A DNA stretch of 64,000 nt from an uncultured Pseudomonadota bacterium. GTDB lineage: Bacteria > Pseudomonadota > Gammaproteobacteria > Steroidobacterales > Steroidobacteraceae. Within the stretch, counting starts at the first letter, position 1. Every line of letters starts with the position of its first letter. The position numbers and the translations under genes were made by a program. Positions 37,815 through 46,120 of the stretch are shown here, piece by piece. The notes beneath the pieces were generated by a model. The model saw nothing but the letters and a program-made list of their open reading frames with translations, made no database searches and had not been told where the DNA came from. The stretch covers positions 18,228 to 82,227 of the forward strand of contig CAWKMW010000005.1 of assembly GCA_963850955.1 (NCBI GenBank), in the 5' to 3' direction.

Positions 37815-38306
37815 CTAGCGTGAGCCCCGGCGCGCGAAGGCGCGCCGGCCACCGGATTTCTCCAGCAACCGCACGCCGAGGATCTCCAGATCGTGCGAGA
37901 GCGCCTTACACATGTCGTAGATGGTGAGCGCAGCGACGGTGGCACCCGTGAGGGCTTCCATCTCCACGCCAGTCCGATGGTGCACACTCACGCGGCAGCG
38001 GATTACGATCTGCGTCGCCTGGGGGCGGTGGATTTCGATCTGACAGTTCTCGATGCCGAGCGGGTGGCAGAAGGGAATGAGTTCGTGCGTGCGCTTCGCG
38101 GCCATCACGCCGGCGATGATGGCCGTGTCGAACACCGGACCTTTCTTGGTGCGGTGGGCACTTGCGCGCAGCGCGTTTGCCACCGTACGCGGCAGACGAA
38201 TGCGCGCCTCGGCGAGAGCGCTACGTAGCGTCACTTCCTTCTCGCCGACGTCCACCATCGTGGGCCGGTTGCGGCGGTCAACGTGGGTGAGCTTGCGCCG
38301 TGCCAT
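37815..38306 (-). CDS. moaC: Cyclic pyranopterin monophosphate synthase
   Basis: LTHVD..RPTMVDVGEK, AKRTHELIPFCHPL and GVEMEALTGATVAALTIYDMCKA. The ATG at 38306 shares one base with the moaA stop (TGATG). Confidence 0.92.
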   Translation of the reverse strand: MARRKLTHVDRRNRPTMVDVGEKEVTLRSALAEARIRLPRTVANALRASAHRTKKGPVFDTAIIAGVMAAKRTHELIPFCHPLGIENCQIEIHRPQATQIVIRCRVSVHHRTGVEMEALTGATVAALTIYDMCKALSHDLEILGVRLLEKSGGRRAFARRGSR

Positions 38307-39361
38307 CAGCCACCGATATAGAACATCTCGACCTTGCGCTGCTCCTGGGACTGTGCCGAAAGGCTGCTGCGCAGCTCGCTGTAGCGATCCGCGCGCTTCA
38401 GCCACAGGCCACGAATGAGTTCGAGCAGCACATCATCGCTCGCCCCGCCGCGCAGCGCATCGCGCAGACTCATGCCGTGCGTCGCGAACAGGCAGGTGTA
38501 CAGCACCCCGTCCGAGGACAGCCGCGCCCGCGAGCAGCCGCCGCAGAAGGGCTGCGACACCGAGGAGATAAAGCCCACCTCGCCCTGACCGTCGGCAAAG
38601 GCATAACGCTGAGCCACTTCGCCGCGGTAGGCCGGTTCCAGCGCCCTCAGCGGCCAGCGTGCGCCGATGCGTTCGGCCAGCTCCTTCGAGGGCACGACCA
38701 GCTCGGAGCGCCAGTGATTGCGGTTGCCGACGTCCATGTACTCGATGAAACGCACGATCACGCCGCTGCCACGGAAGCGCTCGAGCAGCTCGAGCGCGGT
38801 GTGATCGTTCACGCCGCGCTGGATGACGGCGTTCACCTTGACGGGCGTGAGCTCGGCGCGCCGCGCGTGTTCGATGCCCTCGAGCACTTCCGCCACGCCG
38901 CCAAAGCCGCCACTCATGCGGGTGAAGACCGCATCATCGAGGCTGTCGAGGCTTACGGTGACGCGCTTGAGCCCTGCGGCCTTCAGTTCGCTCGCGTAGC
39001 GCGCCAGCAGCACTCCGTTGGTGGTGAGCGCGACGTCCTCCACCCCGGCAATGGCGGTGAGATCGCCGATGAGCTCCGCCAGGTTGGCGCGCAACAATGG
39101 CTCGCCCCCCGTAAGGCGCAGCTTGCGCACGCCGAGCTGCACGAACAGGCGCGCCAGGCGCACGATTTCATCGAACGACAGCCGCTCGTGGGAGCCAAGG
39201 AAGCGGTACTGCTCGTGGAAGGTCTCGCGCGGCATGCAATACGGGCAGCGGAAGTTGCACCGGTCCATGACCGAGATGCGCAGATCGCGCATCGGTCGGG
39301 AAAAGGTGTCCCGTGGCGCGGGCCGCACATTCAGCGGGACGATGACTTCCGGGGAGGGCAT
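38306..39361 (-). CDS. moaA: GTP 3',8-cyclase (radical SAM)
   Basis: LRISVMDRCNFRCPYCMP (CxxxCxxC), LRLTGGEPLL and a C-terminal FCGGCSRARLSSDG. ATG 39361 (alternative GTG 39382). Confidence 0.92.
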   Translation of the reverse strand: MPSPEVIVPLNVRPAPRDTFSRPMRDLRISVMDRCNFRCPYCMPRETFHEQYRFLGSHERLSFDEIVRLARLFVQLGVRKLRLTGGEPLLRANLAELIGDLTAIAGVEDVALTTNGVLLARYASELKAAGLKRVTVSLDSLDDAVFTRMSGGFGGVAEVLEGIEHARRAELTPVKVNAVIQRGVNDHTALELLERFRGSGVIVRFIEYMDVGNRNHWRSELVVPSKELAERIGARWPLRALEPAYRGEVAQRYAFADGQGEVGFISSVSQPFCGGCSRARLSSDGVLYTCLFATHGMSLRDALRGGASDDVLLELIRGLWLKRADRYSELRSSLSAQSQEQRKVEMFYIGG

Positions 39362-39443
39362 GGCTCTTTCAAGTATGAGCACCGTTCGGGGCCGTTGGCT
39401 ATCGCCCGCCGGAGAGGCGAGCCTGAGGCCGCTCGCACGCAGC

Positions 39444-40646
39444 CTAGGACCAGCGATAGAAGCGGGTTACGTGCCCTTTGGGATAGGTATTGGGGCCTGG
39501 AGGCAGTTCTACAAACCCCTCCGTACCGGCGAGCGCGGTGAAGTCCCCGGAACCGTTGGTCGGCGCGGGCATGGCCCAGGCACGGCCCCAGTCATCCTGC
39601 TCAAGCCGTACGGGCAGGAAGTGTGTGAGCGGGGGCGTAATCGTTACCGGGGCACCGAGCGCGATACGTTCGGCGGCCCTGCCGCTGTGCCCCAGGCTGC
39701 CGAGCAACGCCGGCAGTACATAACGCGTGAAGCACACCAAGGTCGAAACCGGATTGCCCGGCAGTCCGAACACGGCCGCGCCCGAGGGCGCAGCGCCGAA
39801 CCACAGGGGCTTGCCCGGGCGCTGCGCAACCTTATGGAAGATCGTGCGCACGCCGAGCTCTTCCAGCGCCTTGGGCACAAGATCGAAACGCCCCATCGAC
39901 ACCCCGCCGGAGAGCACCAGCACGTCGTGGGTTTCGAGGTGGAAGCGCAGGCGCGCGCGCAGTTGCTGGGCGTCATCGGGAATGTGGTCATCCGCCACAC
40001 GCTGAAAGCCGTGCTCGCGCAGCGCACTCACGATCGCGTAGGCGTTCGAGCGGCGGATCTGGTAGGCGAGCACCGGTTCACCCGGTTCCACGAGCTCATT
40101 GCCGGTCGAGATTACCGCCAGCATCGGCTGGCTGCTCACCCTGATGCGCGCCATGCCCGCCGAGGCGGCGATGGCGATTTCCGGGGCGCGCAGCTTCATG
40201 CCGGCCGTGACCAACAGGGCACCCTGACGCGTGTCGCTGCCGCGGCGGTGCACATGGTGCCAGGGCTCGGCGCGCGCCCGCGGTGTGAGCTGCGCCTGAC
40301 CGTGGGCAATGGTGACTTCCTCCACTGGCACCACGCAGTCACAACCGCCCGGCAGCACCGCCCCGGTCATGACTTCGATGCAGTTGTGCGGCGCGGCGAG
40401 GGTGAGCGGCGGATCACCGGCCGCTTGTGTGGCTTGGATGTGGAATGAGCGGCTCGCGCCGGCCGCGGCCGAGCTGGCGAGCGCCACGCCGTCCATGGCG
40501 ACGCGATCGAAGGGCGGCTGATCGCGCTCGGCGTAGATGTTCTCGCGCAGCACGCCGCCGGCGCACTGCGCGAGTGGCAGCGACTCGATGGGCAGACACT
40601 GCAGGGTTTGCCCGATCAGTACATCGGCCTCGGCCGGTGTCAGCAC
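39444..40646 (-). CDS. moeA: Molybdopterin molybdenumtransferase
   Basis: PPFDRVAMDGVAL, VISTGNELV, DVLVLSGGVSMGRFD and FGLPGNPVS. GTG start directly abuts the stop of the upstream small gene. Confidence 0.9.
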   Translation of the reverse strand: MLTPAEADVLIGQTLQCLPIESLPLAQCAGGVLRENIYAERDQPPFDRVAMDGVALASSAAAGASRSFHIQATQAAGDPPLTLAAPHNCIEVMTGAVLPGGCDCVVPVEEVTIAHGQAQLTPRARAEPWHHVHRRGSDTRQGALLVTAGMKLRAPEIAIAASAGMARIRVSSQPMLAVISTGNELVEPGEPVLAYQIRRSNAYAIVSALREHGFQRVADDHIPDDAQQLRARLRFHLETHDVLVLSGGVSMGRFDLVPKALEELGVRTIFHKVAQRPGKPLWFGAAPSGAAVFGLPGNPVSTLVCFTRYVLPALLGSLGHSGRAAERIALGAPVTITPPLTHFLPVRLEQDDWGRAWAMPAPTNGSGDFTALAGTEGFVELPPGPNTYPKGHVTRFYRWS

Positions 40647-41021
40647 TCAGCTCTTCTTGTCGGCGCCACGCGCCTTGAACACCTTTACCTGCTCATTGAA
40701 ACGATCGGCCACGGCCTGCAGTTGATCGATCGCGGCGTTGTGCTTCTGGGCTTCCACGTGCTGCATATCCGATTTCTGCTGCGGCTTAAGCGAATCGCCC
40801 GCCTTGGCGATGGAGTCATCGAGCGCCTTGTCGATGCAGTCGACGTAAGACTTGATCGCCGCGTCGTATTCCTTGACGGCTTTCTGTCCTGCGACCATCT
40901 CCTCCATTGTCGCCGTGCGGCCGTCCGGAAGGTTGGCGGGGGCGGTTGGGTACGGACACTCGGCGTAGGCGACTCCCGTCCCGAGGGCTGCCATGAATGC
41001 GATCGCAAGAAGGACCTTCAT
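40647..41021 (-). CDS. Small secreted helical protein of unknown function (two Cys), first gene of the Moco operon
   Basis: Signal peptide MKVLLAIAFMAALGTGVAYA, then ECPYPTAPANLPDGRTATMEEMVAGQKAVKEYDAAIKSYVDCIDK.... I did not recognise a family. Confidence 0.6.
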   Translation of the reverse strand: MKVLLAIAFMAALGTGVAYAECPYPTAPANLPDGRTATMEEMVAGQKAVKEYDAAIKSYVDCIDKALDDSIAKAGDSLKPQQKSDMQHVEAQKHNAAIDQLQAVADRFNEQVKVFKARGADKKS

Positions 41022-41085
41022 ACTTTAACTTCCCGAAGCTTATGATAAAGGGGGGGGTTATCTTAAGAGGCGCCCGGCGGAGAGG

Positions 41086-41712
41086 CTACTTCAACCTGCG
41101 CCCGGCCGCCGCTCGAGGAGCCCGAGGGCACAGAAAGCAACCGCGCGTGTGGTCATTCACCACCCCGACCGCCTGCAGGTAGGCATACACGATCGTCGAG
41201 CCGACGAAACGAAAGCCACGCTTAAGCAGATCCTTCGCGAGCCGGTCGCTGAGTGCGCTGCGCGCCGGCACCTGCCCGGGGCGCGGGCGGTTCACGAGCG
41301 GCTTACCCCCGACGAACGACCACAAGTAGCGCTCAAAGGAGCCGAATTCGCGCTGCACGGCGAGAAACGCGCGGGCATTGGTCACAGTGGCCTCGATCTT
41401 GAGGCGATTGCGCACGATCCGCGGGTCGCGCCGCAGGGCGGCGCGCCGGCGGGCATCGAAGCGCGCCACTTTACGTGGATCAAAGTTCGCGAACGCGCGG
41501 CGGTAACCGGCGCGCTTGTGCAGGATTGTCGACCAGGAGAGGCCCGCCTGCGCGCCCTCGAGGATCAGCATCTCAAAGAGCCGCCGCTCATCATGCTGCG
41601 GCCGTCCCCATTCCTCGTCGTGGTAGCGCAGGTAGAGCGCATCCTCCGGCGGCACCCACCGGCAGCGGCGTTTGCCGGAGACGCGCGTACTGCGATCGGA
41701 TCCATCGGCCAT
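41086..41712 (-). CDS. tag: DNA-3-methyladenine glycosylase I
   Basis: From the ATG at 41712: ...RCRWVPPEDALYLRYHDEEWGRPQHDERRLFEMLILEGAQAGLSWSTIL...VGSTIVYAYLQAVGVVNDH. The 370 codons upstream in ORF 41086..42822 are Arg/Ala-rich junk antisense to the OMP gene. Confidence 0.9.
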   Translation of the reverse strand: MADGSDRSTRVSGKRRCRWVPPEDALYLRYHDEEWGRPQHDERRLFEMLILEGAQAGLSWSTILHKRAGYRRAFANFDPRKVARFDARRRAALRRDPRIVRNRLKIEATVTNARAFLAVQREFGSFERYLWSFVGGKPLVNRPRPGQVPARSALSDRLAKDLLKRGFRFVGSTIVYAYLQAVGVVNDHTRGCFLCPRAPRAAAGRRLK

Positions 41713-41928
41713 GGCCGGTCCTTTGCAAGCTTGGGGCAGCTGGATGATCGCAGAGCCCTGCCTGTGAAGGCGAGCGGTGGCGGGTGGGAGGGCGGCCGCT
41801 CGCCAGAGCGCGGGGCCCGGCGCATATAATGCGCGTGCGACAAGCTTCCGGAGTGGCCTCACGCACCGCGCATACCGGGCGTGCTTGGATTTCCAAACAC
41901 GGCACCGGGATTCAAGGGAAAGCGAAGC

Positions 41929-42726
41929 GTGAAGAGCCGTCTGCTGTCTGCGGTGTGTCTGCTCCTGGGGCTGCTGCTCACATCCCAAGCCGCCCGGGCT
42001 CAGGGCGGTCCCCCCTACCTCACGACCGATCCGGGCACCCCCGGCAACGGCAACTGGGAAATAAACCTGGGCACGATGCTCACCCAGGAGCCGGGCAGCA
42101 GTTCCTATCAACTGCCGCAACTGGATGTGAATTTCGGCCTCGGCGATCGCATCCAGCTCACCTACGAGGTCCCCTATGTGCTTCAGTCGACCAGCGGCGC
42201 GCCGCAGCACTCGGGCTGGGGCAACGCGCTCATCGGTGTGAAATGGCGCTTCCTGGATCAGGGAGAGGAGGGCTGGCAGGTCTCCACCTTCCCCCAGATC
42301 GAGACCGCAGGTTCCGCGCGCGCGCAGCGCGAGGGCATCGCGATCGACGGACCGCGGCTGCTGCTGCCGGTGGAAGTGGCCAAAAAGCTCGGCCCGCTCG
42401 ATGTGAACTTCGAGGCCGGCTACTACCTGCCGCGCAACGGCCCGGACGAGAGATTTTTTGGGTTGATCGCCGGACGGCAGGTGACGCCGCGGCTCGAGCT
42501 GGATGCGGAGATCTTCAACGACCGCGCCAGCGGGGCGCCCCCGAACGACACGACGCTTGATTTGGGTCTGCGCTACAAGCTGAGTCCGGCCTTCATTCTG
42601 CTTTTCATGGCCGGCCGCAGCGTGAGCGGCGACTCTGAGGGGCACGCGCAGTTTCTGGGGTATCTCGGACTGCAGATCCTGCTGAGCGACTACGGGCGCA
42701 CGCTGATGCACGAACCGGCGCAGTAG
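41929..42726 (+). CDS. Outer-membrane beta-barrel protein (possibly the MetA-pathway/transporter-like family)
   Basis: GTG 41929 gives the signal VKSRLLSAVCLLLGLLLTSQAARA. Alternating beta-strand pattern; a near-C-terminal aromatic strand segment, AQFLGYLGLQILL, precedes a short tail. Confidence 0.65.
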   Translation: MKSRLLSAVCLLLGLLLTSQAARAQGGPPYLTTDPGTPGNGNWEINLGTMLTQEPGSSSYQLPQLDVNFGLGDRIQLTYEVPYVLQSTSGAPQHSGWGNALIGVKWRFLDQGEEGWQVSTFPQIETAGSARAQREGIAIDGPRLLLPVEVAKKLGPLDVNFEAGYYLPRNGPDERFFGLIAGRQVTPRLELDAEIFNDRASGAPPNDTTLDLGLRYKLSPAFILLFMAGRSVSGDSEGHAQFLGYLGLQILLSDYGRTLMHEPAQ

Positions 42727-42763
42727 CCGGCACCACCGCCAGAGGCGGCGGGACTGCTCAAAG

Positions 42764-43483
42764 TCAGGGCGCAGCGCGCGCCGCGCCGAAGAGGCATTCG
42801 GCGCGAATGGGACACTTCTCACACAGCGGGCGGGTGCGTTTGCACAGCTCCTGGCCGTGACGTTTCAGCAGCAGGTAGGCGCGGCGACGGGCATCGGGTC
42901 TCTCGGCAACCTGTGCTGCGATCGCTTCCTGAGATTCGCGGTAACTGGCCCGATACGTCGGCCCCTCCCGACCGTGGAGGATCCGACTCAGAACCTGGGG
43001 ACAATTTGACGGCACCGCCGCGATGGGGGCAATGCCGGCAAACAGCAGGATGCGCTCGGCTCCGGGTTCCGCAATTCCGGGAAACGTCTTCAGAACCTTG
43101 CGCGCTTCGGCGAGTGGTCCGCGCAGCGCGGCCGCTAAATCACTCCCCAACTCCTCCCGGACGCGCTGCGCGATCTTCTTCAGCCGCTCGGCGCGCAGCT
43201 GCGGCACCAGGCCGCCGGACTTCAGAAGCGACGCCAGCTTGGACGTGCTCGCGCGCAGTAGGCTCTGCGGTTTGATGTCAACTTCGCTAGTGAGCTTCTC
43301 CCAGCCCCTGGCACACGCGACTTCGCTGGGCGGGTAGCCGCACTGCCACCAAACGATGAATGCGTAAGGATCGACGGGCCACGAGGTTCTCTGCTTGCCG
43401 TAGTAGCGTTCGAGTTCATCGAGCAGCTTTGGGACCGTGAGCGGCACGCGCGCTCGGACAGCCTTGGAGATTCTGTTCCGCAT
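42764..43483 (-). CDS. HhH-GPD / endonuclease III-like base-excision protein with a 4Fe-4S cluster loop
   Basis: C-terminal CKRTRPLCEKCPIRAEC (Cx6Cx2Cx5C); helix-hairpin-helix region LKTFPGIAEPGAERILLFAG. ATG at 43483. Confidence 0.75.
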   Translation of the reverse strand: MRNRISKAVRARVPLTVPKLLDELERYYGKQRTSWPVDPYAFIVWWQCGYPPSEVACARGWEKLTSEVDIKPQSLLRASTSKLASLLKSGGLVPQLRAERLKKIAQRVREELGSDLAAALRGPLAEARKVLKTFPGIAEPGAERILLFAGIAPIAAVPSNCPQVLSRILHGREGPTYRASYRESQEAIAAQVAERPDARRRAYLLLKRHGQELCKRTRPLCEKCPIRAECLFGAARAAP

Positions 43484-43580
43484 TGTGATCGTGCGCGATC
43501 GGCCTACGGGTTGATGCGGGGGGATCCTGCAGCACGATGAGAACGCGTGGCTGAACCTAGGGGCGGCGCGCAGTTCTGCG

Positions 43581-44414
43581 TTAGTGCGCAAGCGCTCGCG
43601 CCGCGAGTAGAAGGATTGCCGCTCCACACAGCGCCGCGGCGAGCAGCACCTCCGGCCACTCGAGTATCGCGGGCAGCAGCAGATAATCCACGCGACCCCG
43701 GGTCATCGGGCGCAGCACCGCATAGAACGCGCGCTTTAGCGGGGTCTCGGCCCAGTTGGCAGTGCGGGCCAGACTGTAGTCGAAGCGATAGTATTCGCGA
43801 TCGGGGTACCCAGCCGATCGGGTGCGCGCGCTATCGGCGTAACGGGCTTCGCTGTCGAGCACGAAGGGCTCGATGACGGGCACGAGGCCGGCACGCAGCC
43901 CGGCCTGATCAAGAGGACCACCGTCGGGGTGGCGCAGCCACACGCCGTAGTCGACGTCGATGAGGAATTTGGCATCCTCGACTGTGACCTGTGCCATGCA
44001 GTGTGCGGCCGCAGGATCCGCGCGGCGGTAGACGGTGACCTGGGCGGCTCGAATTCCGAGGGTATCGAGCGAGGTGATGAAGAGTCGATGCACACCGGAG
44101 CAGCAGCCGCTGCGTTTCAGGATCGTGACGGGCGACCCCCCGAGAGGCGCGAGCAGCGGCATGAGGAATGCCGGATCACGTCCGCGCTTCACCTCGCCAA
44201 ATATCGCACGTGCCAGCTCAAAAGCGGCCTCACGCTGCGATCGGCTGCCACGGGTTGCGCGATGCGCGAATTCGGCGATACGCATCTTGCGCAGCCGGTA
44301 CAGGCAAAGCAGCGCCGTTGCGGCACCAGCGAGTGCGAAGATGAGCGCGTCGATCAAAGCCTGACCCCGACCCCTGTTCAGAGCTTCGTAGCTATTATGC
44401 TCGCCTGTGCGCAT
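43581..44414 (-). CDS. Bitopic membrane protein with a transglutaminase-like Cys-His-Asp core
   Basis: N- and C-terminal TM segments. GCCSGVHRLFITSLDTLGIRAAQVTVY (Cys), AAHCMAQVTV (His) and FLIDVDYG (Asp) follow the transglutaminase-like cysteine-protease core pattern. Confidence 0.55.
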   Translation of the reverse strand: MRTGEHNSYEALNRGRGQALIDALIFALAGAATALLCLYRLRKMRIAEFAHRATRGSRSQREAAFELARAIFGEVKRGRDPAFLMPLLAPLGGSPVTILKRSGCCSGVHRLFITSLDTLGIRAAQVTVYRRADPAAAHCMAQVTVEDAKFLIDVDYGVWLRHPDGGPLDQAGLRAGLVPVIEPFVLDSEARYADSARTRSAGYPDREYYRFDYSLARTANWAETPLKRAFYAVLRPMTRGRVDYLLLPAILEWPEVLLAAALCGAAILLLAARALAH

Positions 44415-44648
44415 CAGTTGAAACCTTGCGCTGAGGCTACCTCAATGGTGCGCCGCGATTCGCCGTTCTGCTCGTGACTGTCGGTGCACGGCTGCGCACA
44501 CGGGCAACGCTGCTGAGGGGCCGCGACGCGCATTTGGTGGATGTGGAGCGCTCGGTGGCGGGGCGCACAGCTGCTCGAGGCCAGTGCCGCTTTTAGCGCA
44601 GGTCCATGAGATCAAAGTCAAAGACGCGCAAGGGATTGAGTTCGAAAG

Positions 44649-44722
44649 CGCGCCCGGAGAGATTCGAACTCCCGACCCTCAGGTTCGAAGCCTGATGCTC
44701 TATCCAACTGAGCTACGGGCGC
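44649..44722 (-). tRNA. tRNA-Arg (anticodon TCG), no encoded CCA
   Basis: The reverse strand GCGCCCG-TA-GCTC-AGTTGGATA-GAGC-A-TCAGG-CTTCGAA-CCTGA-GGGTC-GGGAG-TTCGAAT-CTCTC-CGGGCGC-G folds as a 74-nt cloverleaf. It is close to E. coli Arg tRNAs. Confidence 0.9.
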
Positions 44723-44752
44723 GAGCGGCGGATTCTACTGAGAATCGGCCGA

Positions 44753-44850
44753 GCGGGTAACGCGAATTGGCGCCCGACGCTAGCCGCGCGGCACAATGCA
44801 GCCCCACGCCCAGGAGTGCCGCCCATGACGCTCTTTGATATTTGGGAAAG
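44753..44850. repeat. Left copy of an imperfect direct repeat (duplicated upstream region plus first codons of the SDR gene)
   Basis: Core 44782-44850, AGCCGCGCGGCACAATGCAGCCCCACGCCCAGGAGTGCCGCCCATGACGCTCTTTGATATTTGGGAAAG, matches 48912-48986 with a few substitutions and two small indels. Weaker homology extends about 30 nt upstream. Confidence 0.85.
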
Positions 44851-44923
44851 AGACTGTGATGCTGCGTTCAACTCGTGGCGCTCGCGTGCGCGATGCGCTG
44901 CTGGGCGCTTCCGCGTTGCGTGA
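44825..44923 (+). pseudogene. 5' remnant of a duplicated SDR gene (32-codon orphan ORF MTLFDIWERDCDAAF...)
   Basis: It shares ATGACGCTCTTTGAT (MTLFD) and the upstream 40+ nt with the intact SDR start at 48960, then diverges and stops at 44921-44923. Confidence 0.6.
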
Positions 44924-45013
44924 CGGTCGCGTGCTCCGCGGCAGCGCAGTCAAAATGCGGCGATGACCCGCCAAACCCTCAACCGGTAGCGCGCCGCCGA
45001 AACGGAGCCCGTG

Positions 45014-46120
45014 ATGCCCTCGGGTCGCGATCAGACGCTCAGAGCGCCGAGCGCTGCTCGCGAGAATAGCCGGCGATTCATCGAAAGACATCAACGCAGC
45101 ATCCTCGTTGGCTGGACCCTTCTGTTGCTTTGCTTGCTGCTGGTCGCAGCGGAACTCGTCCTGCGGTACACCGTTTCTTATCGGCTCGACTACTACACGG
45201 GAACCACCGTTTCCAAGCACCTGATCAGGTATACGTTCGGCGACATGCCGTTTAACTCGAATGGCTATCCGGATCGGGAATGGGATCAGACGGATCCTCG
45301 GGTTCGCGTTGGGTTCTGGGGTGACTCTATAACGAGCGGCGTCGGCGCCGGCTTTGGTTATCGCTACACGGACATCATCCGCGACACTCGGCAAGACCGG
45401 TACTACATGAATTTCGGTGGCCCCGGTGAAGATGGAGTCGCCGATGATCGCGCTATAGAGAAGCTCATCGAGCTCGCTGAACGCTTCAGGCTGAAGAAAA
45501 TCGTTTACGCCATGGACCTCAATGACATCCTCCCGGACCAAGGGGCGTCTGAGGCTCGACACTCGGAACTCTACAAGGCAAAGTTCCTAGTCAAACGATA
45601 CCTGGACGTCCTCAGAACCCGCTCTTACGTATACAACTACTTACGGCTCAAATTGACCGAAGCCGCCGTGCACATGGGCTATGGATATCATGGAGATGAG
45701 GCCTTTGAACTGCACCCGACACGCAACGTCATGATCGTGAATCAGACTGTCGACCGGATCAACAAGTTGTCCATAGGTTTGAAAGGGCACGAGACGGATC
45801 TGTGTGTCGTGATCTTTCCGTATGAAATGCAAGTATCTGCCGCCGCCGCCGCACGTTACCAACGGGATGGCGTCCGCTGGTCAAGCGAGCTGCTGCGTGG
45901 CGAGCCGCAACACATGATCCTGGGACGACTTACCCGAGAGATCATCGCCGTCGATCTGACAGCGGCCTTCCATCAAAGTCGCGGCGGACGTGACCCGATC
46001 GGGGTGGGCGAGTATTTCGTGTTCAATCAGGGCGATGCACTTGACTGGGTTCATCCGAACCGAGACGGCCATCGGCTGATAGCTGAATATCTGTTGAAAA
46101 ACGCGGCATCGTGTCTATAG
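45014..46120 (+). CDS. Membrane-anchored SGNH/GDSL hydrolase
   Basis: N-terminal TM segment ILVGWTLLLLCLLLVAAELVL. Block I FWGDSITSG, block II FGGPGEDG, block III MDLNDI and block V DWVHPNRDGH. Confidence 0.8.
   Translation: MPSGRDQTLRAPSAARENSRRFIERHQRSILVGWTLLLLCLLLVAAELVLRYTVSYRLDYYTGTTVSKHLIRYTFGDMPFNSNGYPDREWDQTDPRVRVGFWGDSITSGVGAGFGYRYTDIIRDTRQDRYYMNFGGPGEDGVADDRAIEKLIELAERFRLKKIVYAMDLNDILPDQGASEARHSELYKAKFLVKRYLDVLRTRSYVYNYLRLKLTEAAVHMGYGYHGDEAFELHPTRNVMIVNQTVDRINKLSIGLKGHETDLCVVIFPYEMQVSAAAAARYQRDGVRWSSELLRGEPQHMILGRLTREIIAVDLTAAFHQSRGGRDPIGVGEYFVFNQGDALDWVHPNRDGHRLIAEYLLKNAASCL

Noticed and set aside
39383-39443. I looked for a Moco riboswitch upstream of moaA and upstream of the operon (41022-41085). 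I noted the hairpin GCGAGC-N8-GCTCGC between moeA and moaA.
   Set aside because: Both gaps (about 60 nt) are much shorter than the ~130-150 nt Moco RNA motif, and I could not recognise its conserved loops by eye. A covariance-model scan (Rfam RF01055) would be the decisive test.
41713-42822. A 370-codon N-terminal extension of the tag ORF (578 aa in total).
   Set aside because: Homology to 3-methyladenine glycosylase I starts only at the ATG at 41712. The extension is low-complexity and antisense to a convincing signal-peptide-bearing outer-membrane protein gene (41929-42726).
44633-44671. GAGTTCGAA just beyond the tRNA-Arg 3' end (44633-44641) is the reverse complement of TTCGAACTC in the T-arm (44663-44671). 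I considered a duplicated tRNA 3' end (island att site) or a terminator.
   Set aside because: It is an inverted, not a direct, repeat of only 9 nt built around the palindromic TTCGAA. No direct copy of the tRNA 3' end was seen elsewhere in the window, so it gives no support for tRNA-targeted integration. At most it is a trailer hairpin.
44717-44730. A possible further extension of the direct repeat into the tRNA 5' end (GGGCGCGAGCGGCG against GGGCACGAGAGGCG at 48851-48864).
   Set aside because: It is only a 14-mer with 2 mismatches, separated from the solid homology by about 20 dissimilar nucleotides. That could easily be chance in GC-rich DNA, so I kept the repeat boundaries at 44753 and 48882.
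44780-45562. A 260-aa minus-strand ORF across the left repeat and the 5' half of the SGNH gene.
   Set aside because: It overlaps the plus-strand ORF that contains the complete SGNH block I-V motifs and a TM anchor, and it has no recognisable features of its own.
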